The notes under the pieces: model-generated
The model's database searches: none
Seen by the model: only the letters and a program-made list of their open reading frames with translations
What the model was told of the DNA's origin: nothing
Made by a program: the position numbers and the translations under genes
Source of the DNA: Eledone cirrhosa
Taxonomy: Eukaryota
Assembly (NCBI GenBank): GCA_964016885.1
Contig: OZ024741.1
Location: 136,214,001 to 136,278,000 of the forward strand
Length of the DNA: 64,000 bases
Direction of reading: 5' to 3'
Shown here: piece after piece, positions 26,975-43,049 of the stretch
Position numbering within the stretch: the stretch's first letter is position 1
Layout of the letters: each line of letters begins with the position of its first letter

Positions 26975-27218
26975 CATGAGAAGAAAGAAGAATACTGCGT
27001 GGTTTGCACATGGGTTACATATGATAAAAATAGTCCTTCGTCAGTGATTTTCCAACCATCATTGGTATTTCATCGCATTAAAAATCAGATACCTCGAGTT
27101 GGTGCGAGCAATAACTAAAAAAAGTTATTGGGACCAGAATTCGCGTAAGGCAAGGGGGACAAGTAAACAACAAAGAAGGATAAAAGCAAACCGAAGATTG
27201 GAAAATAAACAAGCAACA

Positions 27219-27263
<45 letters not shown>

Positions 27264-27378
27264 GGTTTCGATGGGTCTGCAAAAGCCATATTTTCAAATG
27301 TTGTCTCTTATATATTCCATGTGCCATTACCAACCTCAATTTTCTCTATAGCCTTCGTTTTGTGTAAAAACTTACACT

Positions 27379-27417
<39 letters not shown>

Positions 27418-27419
27418 AG

Positions 27420-27640
27420 AATCGATTGACTTTCGTCAAATCGGACCGAGGAAACAATGTTTTTGTTGGTCTTTCCAATAGCTAATACTATTTAACGGTC
27501 GCAGCTCCAAGTAGAAGGAGCAACGTGAAATAAAGTGTCTTGCTCAAGGACATATCGCATCGCCGGGTCCAGGAATCGAACTTACAACCTCAAGTTTGTG
27601 AATCCAATTCTCTAACCACGCGCCTTCACTAGCCACACGC
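27420..27640 (-). mobile_element. tRNA-derived SINE family S2 (CORE-like body)
   Basis: Homologous to 58767-58982; minus strand has B box gttcgattcc followed by gtccttgagcaagacactt. Confidence 0.8.
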
Positions 27641-27644
27641 CATG

Positions 27645-27856
27645 TTTATATATATATATATATATTAATGTATATATATATATATGTATATCTATATATG
27701 TATATATATATATATATGTATATATGTATATATATGTGTATATATATATATATGTATATCTATATATGTATATATGTATATATATATATATGTGTATATA
27801 TATATATATGTATATCTATATATGTATATCTATATATGTATATCTATATATGTATA

Positions 27857-27935
<79 letters not shown>

Positions 27936-27940
27936 GTATA

Positions 27941-27997
<57 letters not shown>

Positions 27998-28028
27998 GTG
28001 TGTATATATATATATGTATATATATATG

Positions 28029-28064
<36 letters not shown>

Positions 28065-28098
28065 CATATATATATACATACATATATATATACATACA

Positions 28099-28129
<31 letters not shown>

Positions 28130-28197
28130 GTATACATATATATATATATGTATATACATATATATATATGTATACATATATATATATATATACATAC

Positions 28198-28232
<35 letters not shown>

Positions 28233-28245
28233 CATATATATATAA

Positions 28246-28310
<65 letters not shown>

Positions 28311-28330
28311 TATATATATATGTGTGTGTG
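27645..28330. repeat. Complex (TA)n array
   Basis: Direct inspection. Confidence 0.95.
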
Positions 28331-28598
28331 TGCTTGACTGTGTGTGCAAAAAATAATAACGTAGTGAAATATTAAGGAAAACTTTTGTCTTTGACTTTGG
28401 CTCCGGTAACGTGCTGCTCGCCCGTCACACAAATCAATCCGTTATTTTTTCTTTCTTTCTACATTCCATCTTTTTTTTTTTATTTTCACAACGCCCTCAT
28501 CTTTACCTCAACTTCTACAATACTGGCACTTGCCCCCCCCCCCCTCCTCACCCATGCCTCGCTGCCCCTCTTTATCCTTCTTATTCCGGCTATCAACG

Positions 28599-28667
<69 letters not shown>

Positions 28668-28834
28668 CCAGCAAGCAAGCAACTGCTGCTAACACCTCAA
28701 CGATCGTGAATAAGATATATACATATATCAATGTGATGTATTACACATACACACACGTGTTTATTTGGGCTGTATACATATATATATATATATACATACA
28801 CTCCTGCGTGTATGTATATACATGTATGTTTATA

Positions 28835-28869
<35 letters not shown>

Positions 28870-28967
28870 CCGTTTGTGTCTATATCTCTCATTCGTTCTC
28901 TCTCCCAAACAAATAGAGAGAGAGACAGACAGACAGAGGGAGAGAGAGAGAGAGTGAGTGAGTGAGA

Positions 28968-29056
<89 letters not shown>

Positions 29057-29523
29057 TACAAGGGACGCAAACACAGATGAATAGATAAAAAGATCGATCT
29101 CATACGAGGCATTTGGGCCAGCCATGACTCTTCATGGAACTCCAGCTGCTAGTAACTATGGAAACCATTTGTCGAGTGGGCTGGACCGTGTCACATGCTG
29201 TCACACAATGTGTCACAGTGATTCTACATCAAAATTACGTGAATAATGCAAGTCTGCAGAATGCTTCGCCACTTAACGCTACGCTACAATTCAATGATTT
29301 GACAGTCTCTTTTATCTAGCAATAAGACTGTTCAATCACTTAGGAAACCGACGGAGATCCCAAAATAGTATATTAGAATCATACAAAGGATACTATATTC
29401 GTAAATATTAATAGCCATATGTGTAACGTTTGATTTGATAAGAACACACACACACAAACACACACACAGATAGACACACACACATATATATATGTGTGTA
29501 CACATTTTCATACATTTACACAC

Positions 29524-29556
<33 letters not shown>

Positions 29557-29560
<4 letters not shown>

Positions 29561-29611
29561 AAGGAGTAGGGCCCCGACGGCTGAGCTCAAGCCGTTTCGA
29601 CGGCTAATTCT
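29557..29611 (-). mobile_element. Family B solo arm in (TA)n
   Basis: ccccgacggctgagctcaagccgtttcgacggcta is identical to the core of 4833-4867. Confidence 0.85.
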
Positions 29612-29626
29612 ATATATATATATATA

Positions 29627-29729
<103 letters not shown>

Positions 29730-29781
29730 GTATGTGGTGCCCCAGCATGGCCTCAGCCGGATGGCTGGAACAGGTAAAAGA

Positions 29782-29839
<58 letters not shown>

Positions 29840-29919
29840 TATATCTCTATATATATATATGTATATATCTCTATATATATATATATGTATATATCTCTAT
29901 ATATATATATGTATATGTA

Positions 29920-29976
<57 letters not shown>

Positions 29977-29994
29977 GTACACACACACACACAC

Positions 29995-30137
<143 letters not shown>

Positions 30138-30534
30138 CACACACACACATATATATATTTATATATATGTTGGTCTGTGTGCATGTTTGAGGGTGTAGAG
30201 TGGAGCGAAGTAATGTGAGTAATAATTGTGTCTGAAAAGAAAGGTAGATTAAAAGACAGATGAAGAGAGGGGTGCGAAAGGGGAGTTATGAGCTTCATCT
30301 GATATGTGAATACTATAACTTTCAACTAAACACAAAGACATTGTTTTTTGTACACAAACCAAATGCAATCACACGCGCGCGTACACACATACATGTATAC
30401 ATACTGTGAAGTACACACTCATACACACAATCAGATGCAAGGCACATGCAAACATACATATGCGCACATACAGCCTATAAAACAATGTTAATGTGCGTGT
30501 GTATGTATATATTTATACACATACACACACAGAG

Positions 30535-30633
<99 letters not shown>

Positions 30634-30728
30634 TACATATATATATATATAGATAGTTTGTTTATTTGTGTATGCGTGTGTATGTAATATATATATATAT
30701 ATACATACACACATATATATATATGCAT

Positions 30729-30795
<67 letters not shown>

Positions 30796-30845
30796 CACAC
30801 GTATAGACAGGTATTATCGATTATACATCCGTATATTCGCATATT

Positions 30846-30913
<68 letters not shown>

Positions 30914-31469
30914 CATACACACATACATACATACATACATACATACATACACACATACATACATACATACATACATGCATACGTACATACATAGATACAT
31001 ACATACATACGTACATACATACACACACACATACATACATACTTACAAAAGATACATACATACATACATCACACACATGCTTTGTTTGTATAAGCAACAC
31101 TTGTGTTAAGCCCTAAGTTACTAACATCAAACCTGACGTTCGCATAGGAGTGTCAATGCCCTCAAAGAAAACAGCATGTACCAATGGTACGGAGGGGGTG
31201 GTGATGTAGTGATATACTGGGTGGGTCGGGAGGGTGAATAAAAGACAGAAGACATTAATTCTGTAACCAGGAGACTTGGTCAAAAAATTATCGATAATCG
31301 TTGGTGAAAAAGGAAGGGAAAAATCCAATTCCTCATTCACTGACTGTGGCTGATTGTTAACTGACGTAGTGGAAGGAATATAGCAATTTTACGGAGGATG
31401 AGATAACATATTGTTATTCCATTGTTGTTGCTGTTGTTGTTCTCCGTCTGTTATAACGATGATTTTTCC

Positions 31470-31765
31470 AGTTGTTTGATTAACGGAACAGCCAGTTCAT
31501 GAAACCATGAAGTTAACGTGTAAGTGGGCTCAGCATTCCACAGACACATTTACATTTTAAAGTAAATCTCGCAGAGATTCAGAGTGACATAGTGTGTGAC
31601 CAGGCTGGCTCATTGAATTACAGGTAAAACTATTTTTTTGGCAGCTGAATCGACTGGAGCCATGTGATATAAAGTGCCTTGCTTAAGGGTATGTACCGCC
31701 TGGAATCAAAATCACAGCCATACGTTTATGAGCCAAACGCCCTAACAATTAAGCTACGCGCCGTC
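31470..31765 (-). mobile_element. Older tRNA-derived SINE
   Basis: Shares ggagc.a.gtga.ataaagtg.cttgct.aagg with S2; related fragments near 12940-13055, 17350-17420 and 23180-23285. Confidence 0.6.
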
Positions 31766-32029
31766 CCACATATAAACACAAATTCCTAACGTCGAGGAAT
31801 AAACTTAAACTTTACATACCCACATGTAAACACCTAAGACCGATAAGTTGAGAAAATGAAAGCACGTAAACTTCACACCCATACATACATCTGTGTGTCA
31901 CTAACTACTATTATAGACGGTGTGTCTTGGGTATTTATTTAAACCCGAGGGTAGCTCATCACTAACACAAGCGACCTAAATAGGATTCCCCAGAGGGGTA
32001 TTTAGTGTAAGATTACTCTGTATGTGTGT

Positions 32030-32340
32030 GTCTCAGAAATCAGAGAGTCGTGTCAGGTAGAGCCGCTACTTCTCTGAATTGAGGGATCACAGCTCCGATG
32101 TCATGGGTACGTGGCTAGAATGTCTCAGGAAAGAATCGCTGAACTGATTTTACGGGCACATCCAACCGGCAGGAGATCCATGGGTAGACCCTGAGCAAGA
32201 TGGTTGGATAACATCCATGAGCCCGGGTGGTCTGTTTTGGGGACGGTTGCTCTATCCAGGAACCGTTGGAAGGCGTGTTTGAGGACTCTGCCCCCACGAT
32301 TCTCTCAGGAATAAGTGGGCGAAGAAAAACAAGAAAGTAG
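32030..32340 (+). pseudogene. RTE-clade LINE 3' end
   Basis: EIRESCQVEPLLL*IEGSQLRCHGYVARMSQERI..PTGRRSMGRP*ARWLDNI..RNRWKACLRTLPPR (LRWxGHVxRM / GxRxxGRPxxRW signature); in-frame stops. Confidence 0.85.
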
Positions 32341-33296
32341 CTCACACTTCCCAAATCTTAGCACAGATTTCTTTCAGAGAAAGAGGAATTAATGTGAGAA
32401 AGAGTAAGAGTAAGGAGGATCGACTCAAGTACTGGGATGGTACTTTGGTGATCGACCTCAAAAGGGTGAAAGGCAAATTTGATCTCGGTGGTATTTGAAT
32501 TTGGAGCGCAGAGTCGGTAACGAATACTGTAAAGCATTCTATCCACCTCAAACGTGATATGCAAACATGCGAAAAAAAAAACCAAAAACACCAAAATCAA
32601 GCGTAAATGTCGCATACATATATACATCTATAGAAACACATAAGTCCGTAAATACAAGAAGAGAAAATATATTGTAAACATAACGAGCAATAGAAATCAA
32701 CGATATATATATATGTTCATCGCCTCCGGGCCTACATACTAATTACATGTGTCACATATGTAAAGTAAAAGAATTACGTAGCCACATAAACTGTAACTGC
32801 TTGCGTAAAGCCACCTGCCTGCTAATTAATTGATAGAAATACCACTGAAAACCAAATTACTCAGTATACCGTACAGGTTTTCATAACGAGAGGTAAATTA
32901 GCACGGAAGAAAATTATTTTTATGACCATTTTGATACCAAACCGCACGAAACTGCCATGGATTATAGCACAAAACTTCACATTTTAAAATGTTTATCCTT
33001 ATAGTTAACCTTTCATCATCATTTTATTTTAGAAATGTTTCTTACGTAGTATTCTAATGAATATGAAAAATATTATTTTATTAAATTCCTTCAAATGTTG
33101 AATTTCAAAATGATTTGAACACAAGGAGTGTAATAAAGATACTGTAATGAAAGGATTAAATACAAACTCATAGAATTTGCAAGTTTTGTTTGTATAAGAG
33201 ATGGTCATTAAGTCTCGTCCCAACATACAAACATTAACATACACACATGCATATATATATACATACATTTAAATTTACCATTTTATAGTTATGTGC

Positions 33297-33530
33297 AGAG
33301 TTAGATTAAACATTAAGCAAAATATGTACACGTTTAGGGCATCAATGTAGAGGGTTACCATTTTATAGATGTTTAGGGCACCAAGGGTAGAGAGGCCGGC
33401 TCGGTTTTGTTTAAATTACTTGTATCTCATTCAGAAAAAAAAAAAAAAAAGAACTCTTTCCAAATTTCATTTATGAGGGCACCATAATCTTTTAGTACTT
33501 AAAGTGTCAAGTGGGCACAACCCGGCCTTG
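33297..33530. mobile_element. Possible old hAT-like MITE
   Basis: Degenerate ends cagagttagatt / aacccggccttg and repeated agggca(c/t)ca subterminal motifs. Confidence 0.3.
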
Positions 33531-34234
33531 ATAGTGTGGTATTGAATTGCCTTACATACAAACAATACACAAGACACACATCATATGAAACACATACGTA
33601 AGTACATAAGAGATGTGTTTTAAGGAAGAACATAAAGAGCATTTATCGATATTTATATAACAGTATAACATTTATCAATGTAAAAACTTGGCATCTAGAA
33701 GAATGTTCTACTGAAATCATCCCCAAACAAATGTTCACAGAGGGAGCCTGTTCGTAGTCACCGCTTAACATGTTAAAAACACCAGCCATAGCAGCCTAAT
33801 CTTCCTCAAAGCATGCTCTCCAGTCCTCTCCGTTGTAGATAAAACAACAGGAAGAGAGATGAACAATGTGGTAGCTCCTGGTTTCTTGCTAGGTAGGGAA
33901 TAAAGATATGATGGTCATAGTTGGCAGGAATTGCTTTTGATTAATAACAGGTCGTTATCGATCAGTACTGACCTCGCAACAATAATGATTAAAGTTATTT
34001 CTTACACTCATTGAGTTCCCCAGGAAATTATATTTCTATTTTCTTTTGATATCGTTAGTGTATGTTTCTCCTTTCCAACTTTTATTGAAAGAACGGCTTG
34101 AAAAATTCTTTACTCGTCCGTCCGAATAGTTGCATTCTTCCTTTCATAACAAGAAGACGAAGTATATATTTTTTGTTACTAAGATTTTACACGACACACA
34201 CACATGCACGCACACGGGCGCGCGCACACACACG

Positions 34235-34275
<41 letters not shown>

Positions 34276-34552
34276 CTTTCAAAAGTTATACGCATGATTT
34301 TCAAAATTTCATATATCATACGTTCTGTATAAAACAATAAAAGTTATCTGTAAACCAGAAAGTATCGAGGTATAACTTATAATGAATTACCTGTTGTTTC
34401 ATTCATATCTGCTTCTGTTAGTCTATTAAGTTCTATGTTTGTAGACCAAACTTCGCTTATTATTAAAACCCAATTTTGAAAATGTACACACTGCAGTGTA
34501 CTTTTAAGTGAGTGTTGATTCTAATTACCATTATTATCATTTTAAAGCTTAT

Positions 34553-34765
34553 GGCGGTGGATTGGCAGATTTGTTAGAGCATCGAAAATGTTCTGAAGCA
34601 TTCAATTACGACTTTCTACGGTCTGAGTTCAAATCCCTCTATGGTTAACTTTACCTCTTATCCTTACGAGGTCGATAAAATAAAGTACCAGTAAATTACT
34701 GGTGTCGATATAATCGATGTTCCCTTGCCCCCAAATTGCTGACCTTTCGCCAATATTAGAAATGA
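34553..34765 (+). mobile_element. SINE S1 (older long form)
   Basis: ggcggtggattggcag..gagttcaaatcc..gtcgataaaataaagtaccag. Confidence 0.8.
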
Positions 34766-35347
34766 TTATTAGTATTGTTATTATTGGGGAAAGAAAAAGC
34801 TCATTAATCTCGTTACTGATTGTTCTCCGACATCAGATTCTCAAATTCGCCGATCCACTTTCCTAGAACTATTAACAACGGCGACAGCTGCAAGACAAAT
34901 AATGAACAGTCAAAGAGGAGGCGAATTCTCTCAAATACTTTCCAATAAGATTTTAAAAACAATTTATCAATTTTCTTTTTTCATTCTCTTAATTTATTTT
35001 AATTTTCTTAATTTTTTTAATTGTTTTTCTTTTTGCAATCGTACGCCAACAACAACGACAGCAATATCAAGTAGCGGTATTAATCCTTTCGTAAATGAAT
35101 TATACCCTAGTTCAATTAATTCATGAAGAATTCTGAAGGATTTATTAAAATTAATGCAAAGTTATTTTTTTCCTTACTATGTAGTAATTTAACATGTTTC
35201 CTATATAAAATTGTATCGGAAGATTTTAATTTAATTGAGAACCCTTTAAAATTGGTGGTTTTCTTTCATTGAACTAGAAACGGCATTAGTCAGACTGGTA
35301 TAGTGTTAAAACGACAGTGCCAATAAAACTGAATATATAAATTAATT

Positions 35348-35960
35348 AATTGTTTCTACTTTAGGCACAAGGCCATCAATTACCCAGTACATTACTGGTA
35401 CTTTATTTTATCGACCCCGTAAGGATGAAAGGTAAAGTTAACCTCGGCGGGATTTGAACTCAGACCGCAAAGGGACGTAACTATGCTGGAAAGCATGGTG
35501 TCCGACCCTCTACCGATACTGCCAATCCACTGCCCCTATATAAATTAATTAATAATGGTTAATAATGTGTTTTTTTATATTAAGACAAAAGGCCGGTGTT
35601 TTATAAAGCAAAGAATGGTTGATTATATCGATCATATTATTTGGTTATTACTTTATTTTATCGATCCCGGAAGATTGATCAGCAATGTTGATCTTGGTGG
35701 GATTTGAACACAGAATGTAAAATGCCGAAAGAAATATCACAATGCATTTCGATCGACGCTCTACATATTCACCTAATCCAACACCCTTACCATCAAATAA
35801 TAATAATTGTTTCTACCTTTTGACACAATGCCAACAATTAGTGGGAGGGGAAAGTCGATTAAATCGACACCAGTGCGTTACTGATACTTTATTTTACCGA
35901 CCCCGTAAGGATGAACAACGTTAAAGGCCATGACGATATGCCCCAAAGCATGTTGTCCGA
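35348..35960 (-). mobile_element. Cluster of three S1 SINEs
   Basis: Young copy 35348-35536 flanked by TSD tatataaattaattaat (35334-35350 / 35537-35553); older copies at about 35575-35790 and 35806-35960. Confidence 0.85.
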
Positions 35961-36084
35961 TGATAATAATAATAATTTCTTTTATTGATCATAAGTAGGC
36001 ACGACAAGAAACAGATATATTTGGCTTCTCTTATCTGTATTGGTCCCCGTTTTCTCTTCTTTAGTATCCCCCCCCCCTATCTCC

Positions 36085-36119
<35 letters not shown>

Positions 36120-36375
36120 CTTTTTTATTTGAATAGTGTTAATACAAAATAATAATGTTTCGAATTTAAGCAGAATTACTCTATCTGCCATGGGAGAACA
36201 TGAACAGTATTGCTAAAAACTATTGATACCGATACCCTAACCAATACATTATTTATACTAATATACTAACTAAACTAGGAATACTAATACACTAATTTTC
36301 AAAACTACGAAATTTGAATCGTGAAGAGTAAAACTTAAAAACAAGAGGATTTGATTTAAAAAAAGAGAAAATAAT

Positions 36376-36638
36376 AATTGTTTCTACTTTTGGCACAAGG
36401 CCGGCAATTATTCCAGTGCATTACTGGTACTTTATTTTATCGAAAGTAATAATTGTTTCTACTTTTGGCACGAGGCCAGCAATTATTCCAGTGCATTACT
36501 GGTACTTTATTTTTTCGACCCCACAAGGATGAAAGGCAAAGTTAACCTCGGCGGGATTTGAACTCAGATCATAAAGGGAGGTAACTCTATGCTTCAAAGC
36601 ATGGCGCCCGACCCTCTACCGATACTGCCAATCCACCG
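36376..36638 (-). mobile_element. S1 SINE (36451-36638) with a tandem partial copy (36376-36443)
   Basis: Direct match between the copies and to the other S1 elements. Confidence 0.9.
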
Positions 36639-37049
36639 TAATAATACTGAGATATTTCGACTGCTGTTGCGCTATCGCTAGTGTTTGTATGTGCTAGTAC
36701 AATACTAGCACATACTGCTGTTATTACTACTGATGTGGATGCTACCCACACACATATCTACCTATATACTACCACCACCACATTAACCACCACCACTACT
36801 AGTACTACTACTACTACTCCTACTTTAAACACAACTTCATCATCGATGTTTTCGGTTGGACAGCTACAACTTACATTCGATCAATCGTTATTAATATGAA
36901 ATACAATAGATATACAATAACATTTGTTTAAGAATATTTCATTAGTGTCCGAAATGTTAAGAATCTCTTCCTGCTATTTCAAGTGTTAAAACTAATATAT
37001 TTCTTCCATGTACTGTGTCGTTTGCTTTTGTTATTTCTGTTTACCATTT

Positions 37050-37120
<71 letters not shown>

Positions 37121-37206
37121 AATGATATTTTAAATACTAGTTAAGGTACAGACAACGTCCAAACATTAAATGAACATTGAACACATAAGAATTTTCTGCT
37201 TTACAA

Positions 37207-37251
<45 letters not shown>

Positions 37252-37282
37252 TATGTGATGTGTGTGTGTGTACGAGCACAAT

Positions 37283-37313
<31 letters not shown>

Positions 37314-37324
37314 ACGAGCACACT

Positions 37325-37400
<76 letters not shown>

Positions 37401-37759
37401 CATGCATATACGAAAACAAATAAATGCTGATAATAGAGAGACAAAGAAAACATCTTTGATGGCAATAAAGGTTTTAAAATAAAAATAATAAAATAAACGA
37501 CGCTGCTGCCAATACGATACTGCAGTTGAACATATAGTATTTGTTGTAAAGGATTCTTTAGAAATTGTCAAAAATCACTTCTTTGTTTTGGATAACTGCA
37601 TGGGAAACCCATTGACGATCTTATTCCTCTGATGACGAGCAGAGTTTCGGTAAAACAAACCGGGAGAGGTAGAGAGGTAGGAAATATGAAGGGGGTGAGA
37701 GGCTGTGAAAGAGAGAGAGGAACGGAAATCGGATTCATTGTGACAACAGGTGTGGCAAG

Positions 37760-37800
<41 letters not shown>

Positions 37801-38918
37801 CATATGTATACACATACATATACATATACATACATGCATTACATGCATGTATGTATATGTACACACACACCATCGGCGAATTATTGAGGGTAACTTTGTA
37901 GATGTTAATGAAAGTAGTATTGGAAAAACGAAAGCGAGGTTAGAAAAATACGTAAACGCTACTTTCCTTCTCCTCTCTTAGCATTCTCTGTTTTTATACC
38001 TCCTCTTCCTCCCCTTCCTCCCATTTCTTCACACTCTTCCTTCACCTCTTCCTTTCATTTACATCCACCCACACCTGTCTCCTCCTCTCATCATTCTCTT
38101 TATCTCTCTATCTTTAGAAATCTGTCCTTATACTACACACACACACAAATATTTATATCTAACTCTCCTCCTCTCCTCCCCCTTTCGCTCTTGCTTTTTT
38201 TTCTGTATCTGCCTTTTTCTCCAACTCTGGATCTTTTTCCCGCTCTCACTATTTGTCTTTCGTTCTTTCTTTATCCCCCCCCCCCGCTCTCTCTCTCTCT
38301 CTCTTTGTCTCTTTATTTCACACTAACTCTTTCGGTCTCCTTTTCTTTACATCAATCTCTTTATCTCACCCTTGCTTTTGTCCGTGTCACACACACACTT
38401 ACACAAACACTAACTCACTTTCTCTCTCCCATCATTTTCTCGCAGTTGGGTCTACAACTGTGTAGCTCAAGTTCAGTCAATTTTCGAAAGCTTTCTTGTT
38501 GTTCTTATTGAGTTTTTATATTGTTTTTGTTGTTTTACAACTGTCCATATCAACAACAACTATTACTACTACTACTACTAACACCACCACTAATAATACT
38601 ACTAGTATTCTCTCGATCATCACCAACAGCCCCACCGCCACTACTATTACTACTACAACATCCCCACCACAATTACTATTACTCTCTCTCTACCCTTTTC
38701 TCTCAAGCCCTCATTCTCTTTCTACCCTTTTCTCTCTACCATTCTCTCTTTAGCCCCCTCTATCTGCCTCTCTATCCTTGTCTAACTACTCACCCCTCTC
38801 TCTCTTCCTTCTGTTGTTACCCATTTCGCATTTCAGAGTTGATCTTTAAAGAAGCGAAATTTTTTTACTCCTTTGGTTTTTTCGTTCGATAAGTTTTCTT
38901 ATTACAATCATTTATTTT

Positions 38919-38969
<51 letters not shown>

Positions 38970-41805
38970 CTTCCCTTATTTTGTTTTTTTTTTCAACTTC
39001 CTTATATTGTTTTACTTTACTTAATTTTATTTTAAATGTTAGTTGATCTGATCTTGCTACAAGTTAATCCACTGGTGGGATGATCATTACAACAAAGTAA
39101 AAACCATCACACGGAAGTTTCCATGTTACACGCACTCACGCATTCGCAGGTACATATACAAAGACACATACTTACGTACAGTCACAGACACGAATACTCA
39201 TTCACTCGCTGAAACACGCACTCGCAGATACACACAAAGCACTCACTTGCAGGCAAAAACATATAAACACATACTCACTCAGAGACACGAACATGCATAA
39301 CTTAAGCAATTGAAAGGAGTCTCATTTCTGATAAGAAGAAAAGCTTTTTTGTTTTTCGAGACAATAAAATAATAAAACAAAAAATAACAAAATAAAATAC
39401 ACTTGGAAGTGTTCATTTTTTTTTTCAATTGATATTTACGGAATTCTTTGGGCCCGTTGATTAATACTTTATAACATTTAGGCCTGTTTGGAGGTTTACA
39501 CACACCACCAGAAACATATTTAAACTCACACTTAACGGTGATGAAGGCTTATTTAAAAAACAAAAACAAGAAAAAAGAAAAAGACTTCGAGAGGAGTATA
39601 AGAGAAAAGAGATGCAACGATAACTTTTTTTGTAAAACACAAAACAAACAAAAAAGCTGATCCCTTTTATGAGACAGAAGGTTGGACTAAAAACAATAAG
39701 ATATGCCAGTCAATTCAAAGTATGGATATCTATTTTAAAGAAAAATAATTATGATAAATAAAAGGAAGCAAAAAAGGCAGCATTTTCGCATCAAACAACG
39801 AAATAAATGAAATATAGTAAGCAACTTTACAGAGAGAAAAAAAAAGATATTATGATATGAATTTTTCACCGTGTGTTGTTATTTTATTAATGTGCGACGA
39901 TACATATTCGTTTAAACGCTCTGTTGCTTACTGATCACATGTATAGTATACATATTCAAACTGGCTAATACAAACACAAACACCTGAATCTGAATAAAAT
40001 AATACATTATAGGCCCCTATATATATATATATACATATCCTATTGAGGTCGATTTAGTGGTCTGTTTCTGTTGAGGTTTCACTTGTATGATATATACGTT
40101 CGCTCGCTTATAGCGCAAAGGAACGGTTCATGTACCAAGGGCCCGTCGGTTCCAAAGGTGTATCCATAGATTATTTTTCCAGTCATGTTTTATTATTTTT
40201 GTGATACACCTAATTCATGGTACACTGGTTACTATCAGAGAACGCTAAGAAAAACAAACTTTGAAACCTATGCATGAAAACACAAATATATTTTGGTTAA
40301 AATCTTACAATTTGTGATATCAAAATTACAATTTGTGATAGCAAAAAATAAAAACAAATGAGTAAAAAGGTATCAAATGCTTTATAAAACTATTTCATAT
40401 TACATGGAATAAAATAAATACTGCACATAAACATACAGTCATATATAAGAAGAAAGAGAATCAGCGAAACACACACAAACACACCTAGATAAATATATCT
40501 ATATATAGATGTATGCCTACATTTTTCTATATATAACTATATATATATGAACACACATACACCTATAGTGTCGGTTCTCTAGCGTGAAGAGAACCGATCC
40601 GCATTGTTTAAAAAAGAAATTTAGTGAAGACCAAAATTATGTAATTTAACTAATACACGATTAAATGACATAAATCGCTCAACAAACTCGAGTTACTTTA
40701 TTGTAAACTAACGATTACAATTAAGGACTGACAGGGCTATTATTACCAAATCTGCGTATTTCAAACGGGAAGCAGTTGATCCCTAAGCTAAATAAAAATA
40801 AAAAAATCAAGAAAACAACTTAAGTTTCACCATGATGTTCATAGCCGATATATAAAAGGCTTAAAAATTTTTTTTTTTTTAATTCGAAGAATTGTTGGAG
40901 AGTATGAAACAATCAAAATAATTGGATTACTACAGGATGGTGATCATCATTAATTAATACATATTGTATTAAATATATGTATATTAATAATCTGCATATA
41001 TATATGTATATAAACATATATAAGATGAACAATGATATTACAAAGGATCTAAAACGTGGACATCAGTTTTCTTGAAAAAGAAATTCGGATTATAAAGGAA
41101 AATACCATTTTTTACGGAAGTGGTAGGTGTACGATTAGTTTATTATAATGCTTGCACATTTATTTATAATCATAAGAATGTATTAAATACAATTAAATAC
41201 AGACTTCCTTGTGTGTGCAAGTATGTATGTATGTTTTTATGTATGTATGTATGTATGTTCATTCTGTCTTTTCATACAAGTTCATTTTGTTTTTCTTATT
41301 GTCAAATATATTTTCACCGGCCACCTGCCCGCTGGCTGAATTTCGTAATCTTTCCTTTCTTAAATATGAATGATTTTCCGGTTTGTAAACTTCCAAATAT
41401 CGTGGCCATTTGTAGTTTGTGTATTATGTAATTGTGTGTGTACATGTGAGTTCTAGTTATGTTTCCAAATACTTACATACGTATGCGTGTATGTCTTAAA
41501 ACATGTTTAACCAGTATAAAGAGGGTCGTTTTCTAACGCGGAGACAAGACACTTTCATTGGAATCTCCACAACCGCAAATAAGTAATTATGTGTGAGAGT
41601 ATGTGTATTTAGACATGGATGTTATTGCATGTATGCGTCTGTATGATTTGAGTTATATGTGCACATATATATGTTTATATATATGCATGCACGTATATTC
41701 TTATATATATATATATATGTATGTATGTGTGTGTGTGTATATATATGTGTGTGTGTGTGTGTATATATATATGTGTGTGTGTGTATATATATATATGTGT
41801 GTGTG

Positions 41806-41840
<35 letters not shown>

Positions 41841-41935
41841 ATATATATATGTGTGTGTGTGTGCATATATATATATATATGTGTGTGTATGTCTGTGTAT
41901 ATATATATATATATATATCTGCATACATATATATA

Positions 41936-42027
<92 letters not shown>

Positions 42028-42773
42028 CATATCTGCATACATATGAGAAAGAAAGACATAATCGTGGTATATAGCAAAATTAAATTTTAATAATATATAT
42101 TTAAAAAACAAAGTATTTTTCAAAACCTGATTCACCTGTTTCAGCAACATATTCTTCGGTGAATCAGCTGATATTATGAAAGTTGTGCTAACAAAGATAT
42201 GCTGTGTATGCTAACACGTTTGATAATATTTCTCTCATCTTTCGACAAAGAATCAAGCCTACGTAAAGCTATAACTTTAAAAAGTTATGTATAATTTATA
42301 ATACATATGGTATTTATGGATGCCTCATCCTCTACACATATGTCGAGCTGATCGGGATAATTAGATTGAACCAAGGAAATAATGTCTCCGTTGATCTTCC
42401 CATGTTCTTGCTACAGGTCGAGCGCAATCCCTGGCAGAAGGAGCAACCTGAAATTAAAAAAATATGTGTCAGAACGTACCACCTGGTCTGGTAATGGAAC
42501 TCACGTCCTCGCGATAGGGATTCTATCACCCTAACGAAAAGTCACATGCAGTCACAGATACATACACACACGTTCAGCACTGACTAAGCATACCTATCAG
42601 TTAAAGGTGTTCCAGCAGGTGTCGGTCAATCCATTTTTCTGTATAACTGAAGTTACAATGTCACAATGTGACAAAAGCACCTTTCTTTCTGGTTTTGGGG
42701 AATACATAGGAATTGTAGCTGCTATATCTAGCAGGAATATCAACCACGTAATTAAGGCATCCCGATTTCACAG

Positions 42774-42808
<35 letters not shown>

Positions 42809-43049
42809 CAAACACAGGCATGGCATGTGTATGTATTCTAATACTTGAAAAGTCACATATAAAGTGGAATAACAGAAATGCACAAATCAAAATAAACCAC
42901 GTGTATGCATTTACACACACACACACACACGCACACACACACACACACTCCTCTGTTTATCTATTATTTCACAAACACACACTCTCGTGCGCGCATCGTT
43001 TTATTTATCCACACTCATACATACACACGCACACACATGCGTATATAAT

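Noticed and set aside
29152-29165. RFX X-box-like motifs (gtaactatggaaac; also 25890-25903 near a reverse CCAAT)
   Set aside because: The consensus is degenerate; about one chance match is expected in a window this size, and no gene start supports a promoter.
42128-42170. Hammerhead-like hairpin on the minus strand (CCGAAGA..GAAA within ctgattcacc/ggtgaatcag)
   Set aside because: No stem II and no UH cleavage site; a simple inverted repeat explains it.
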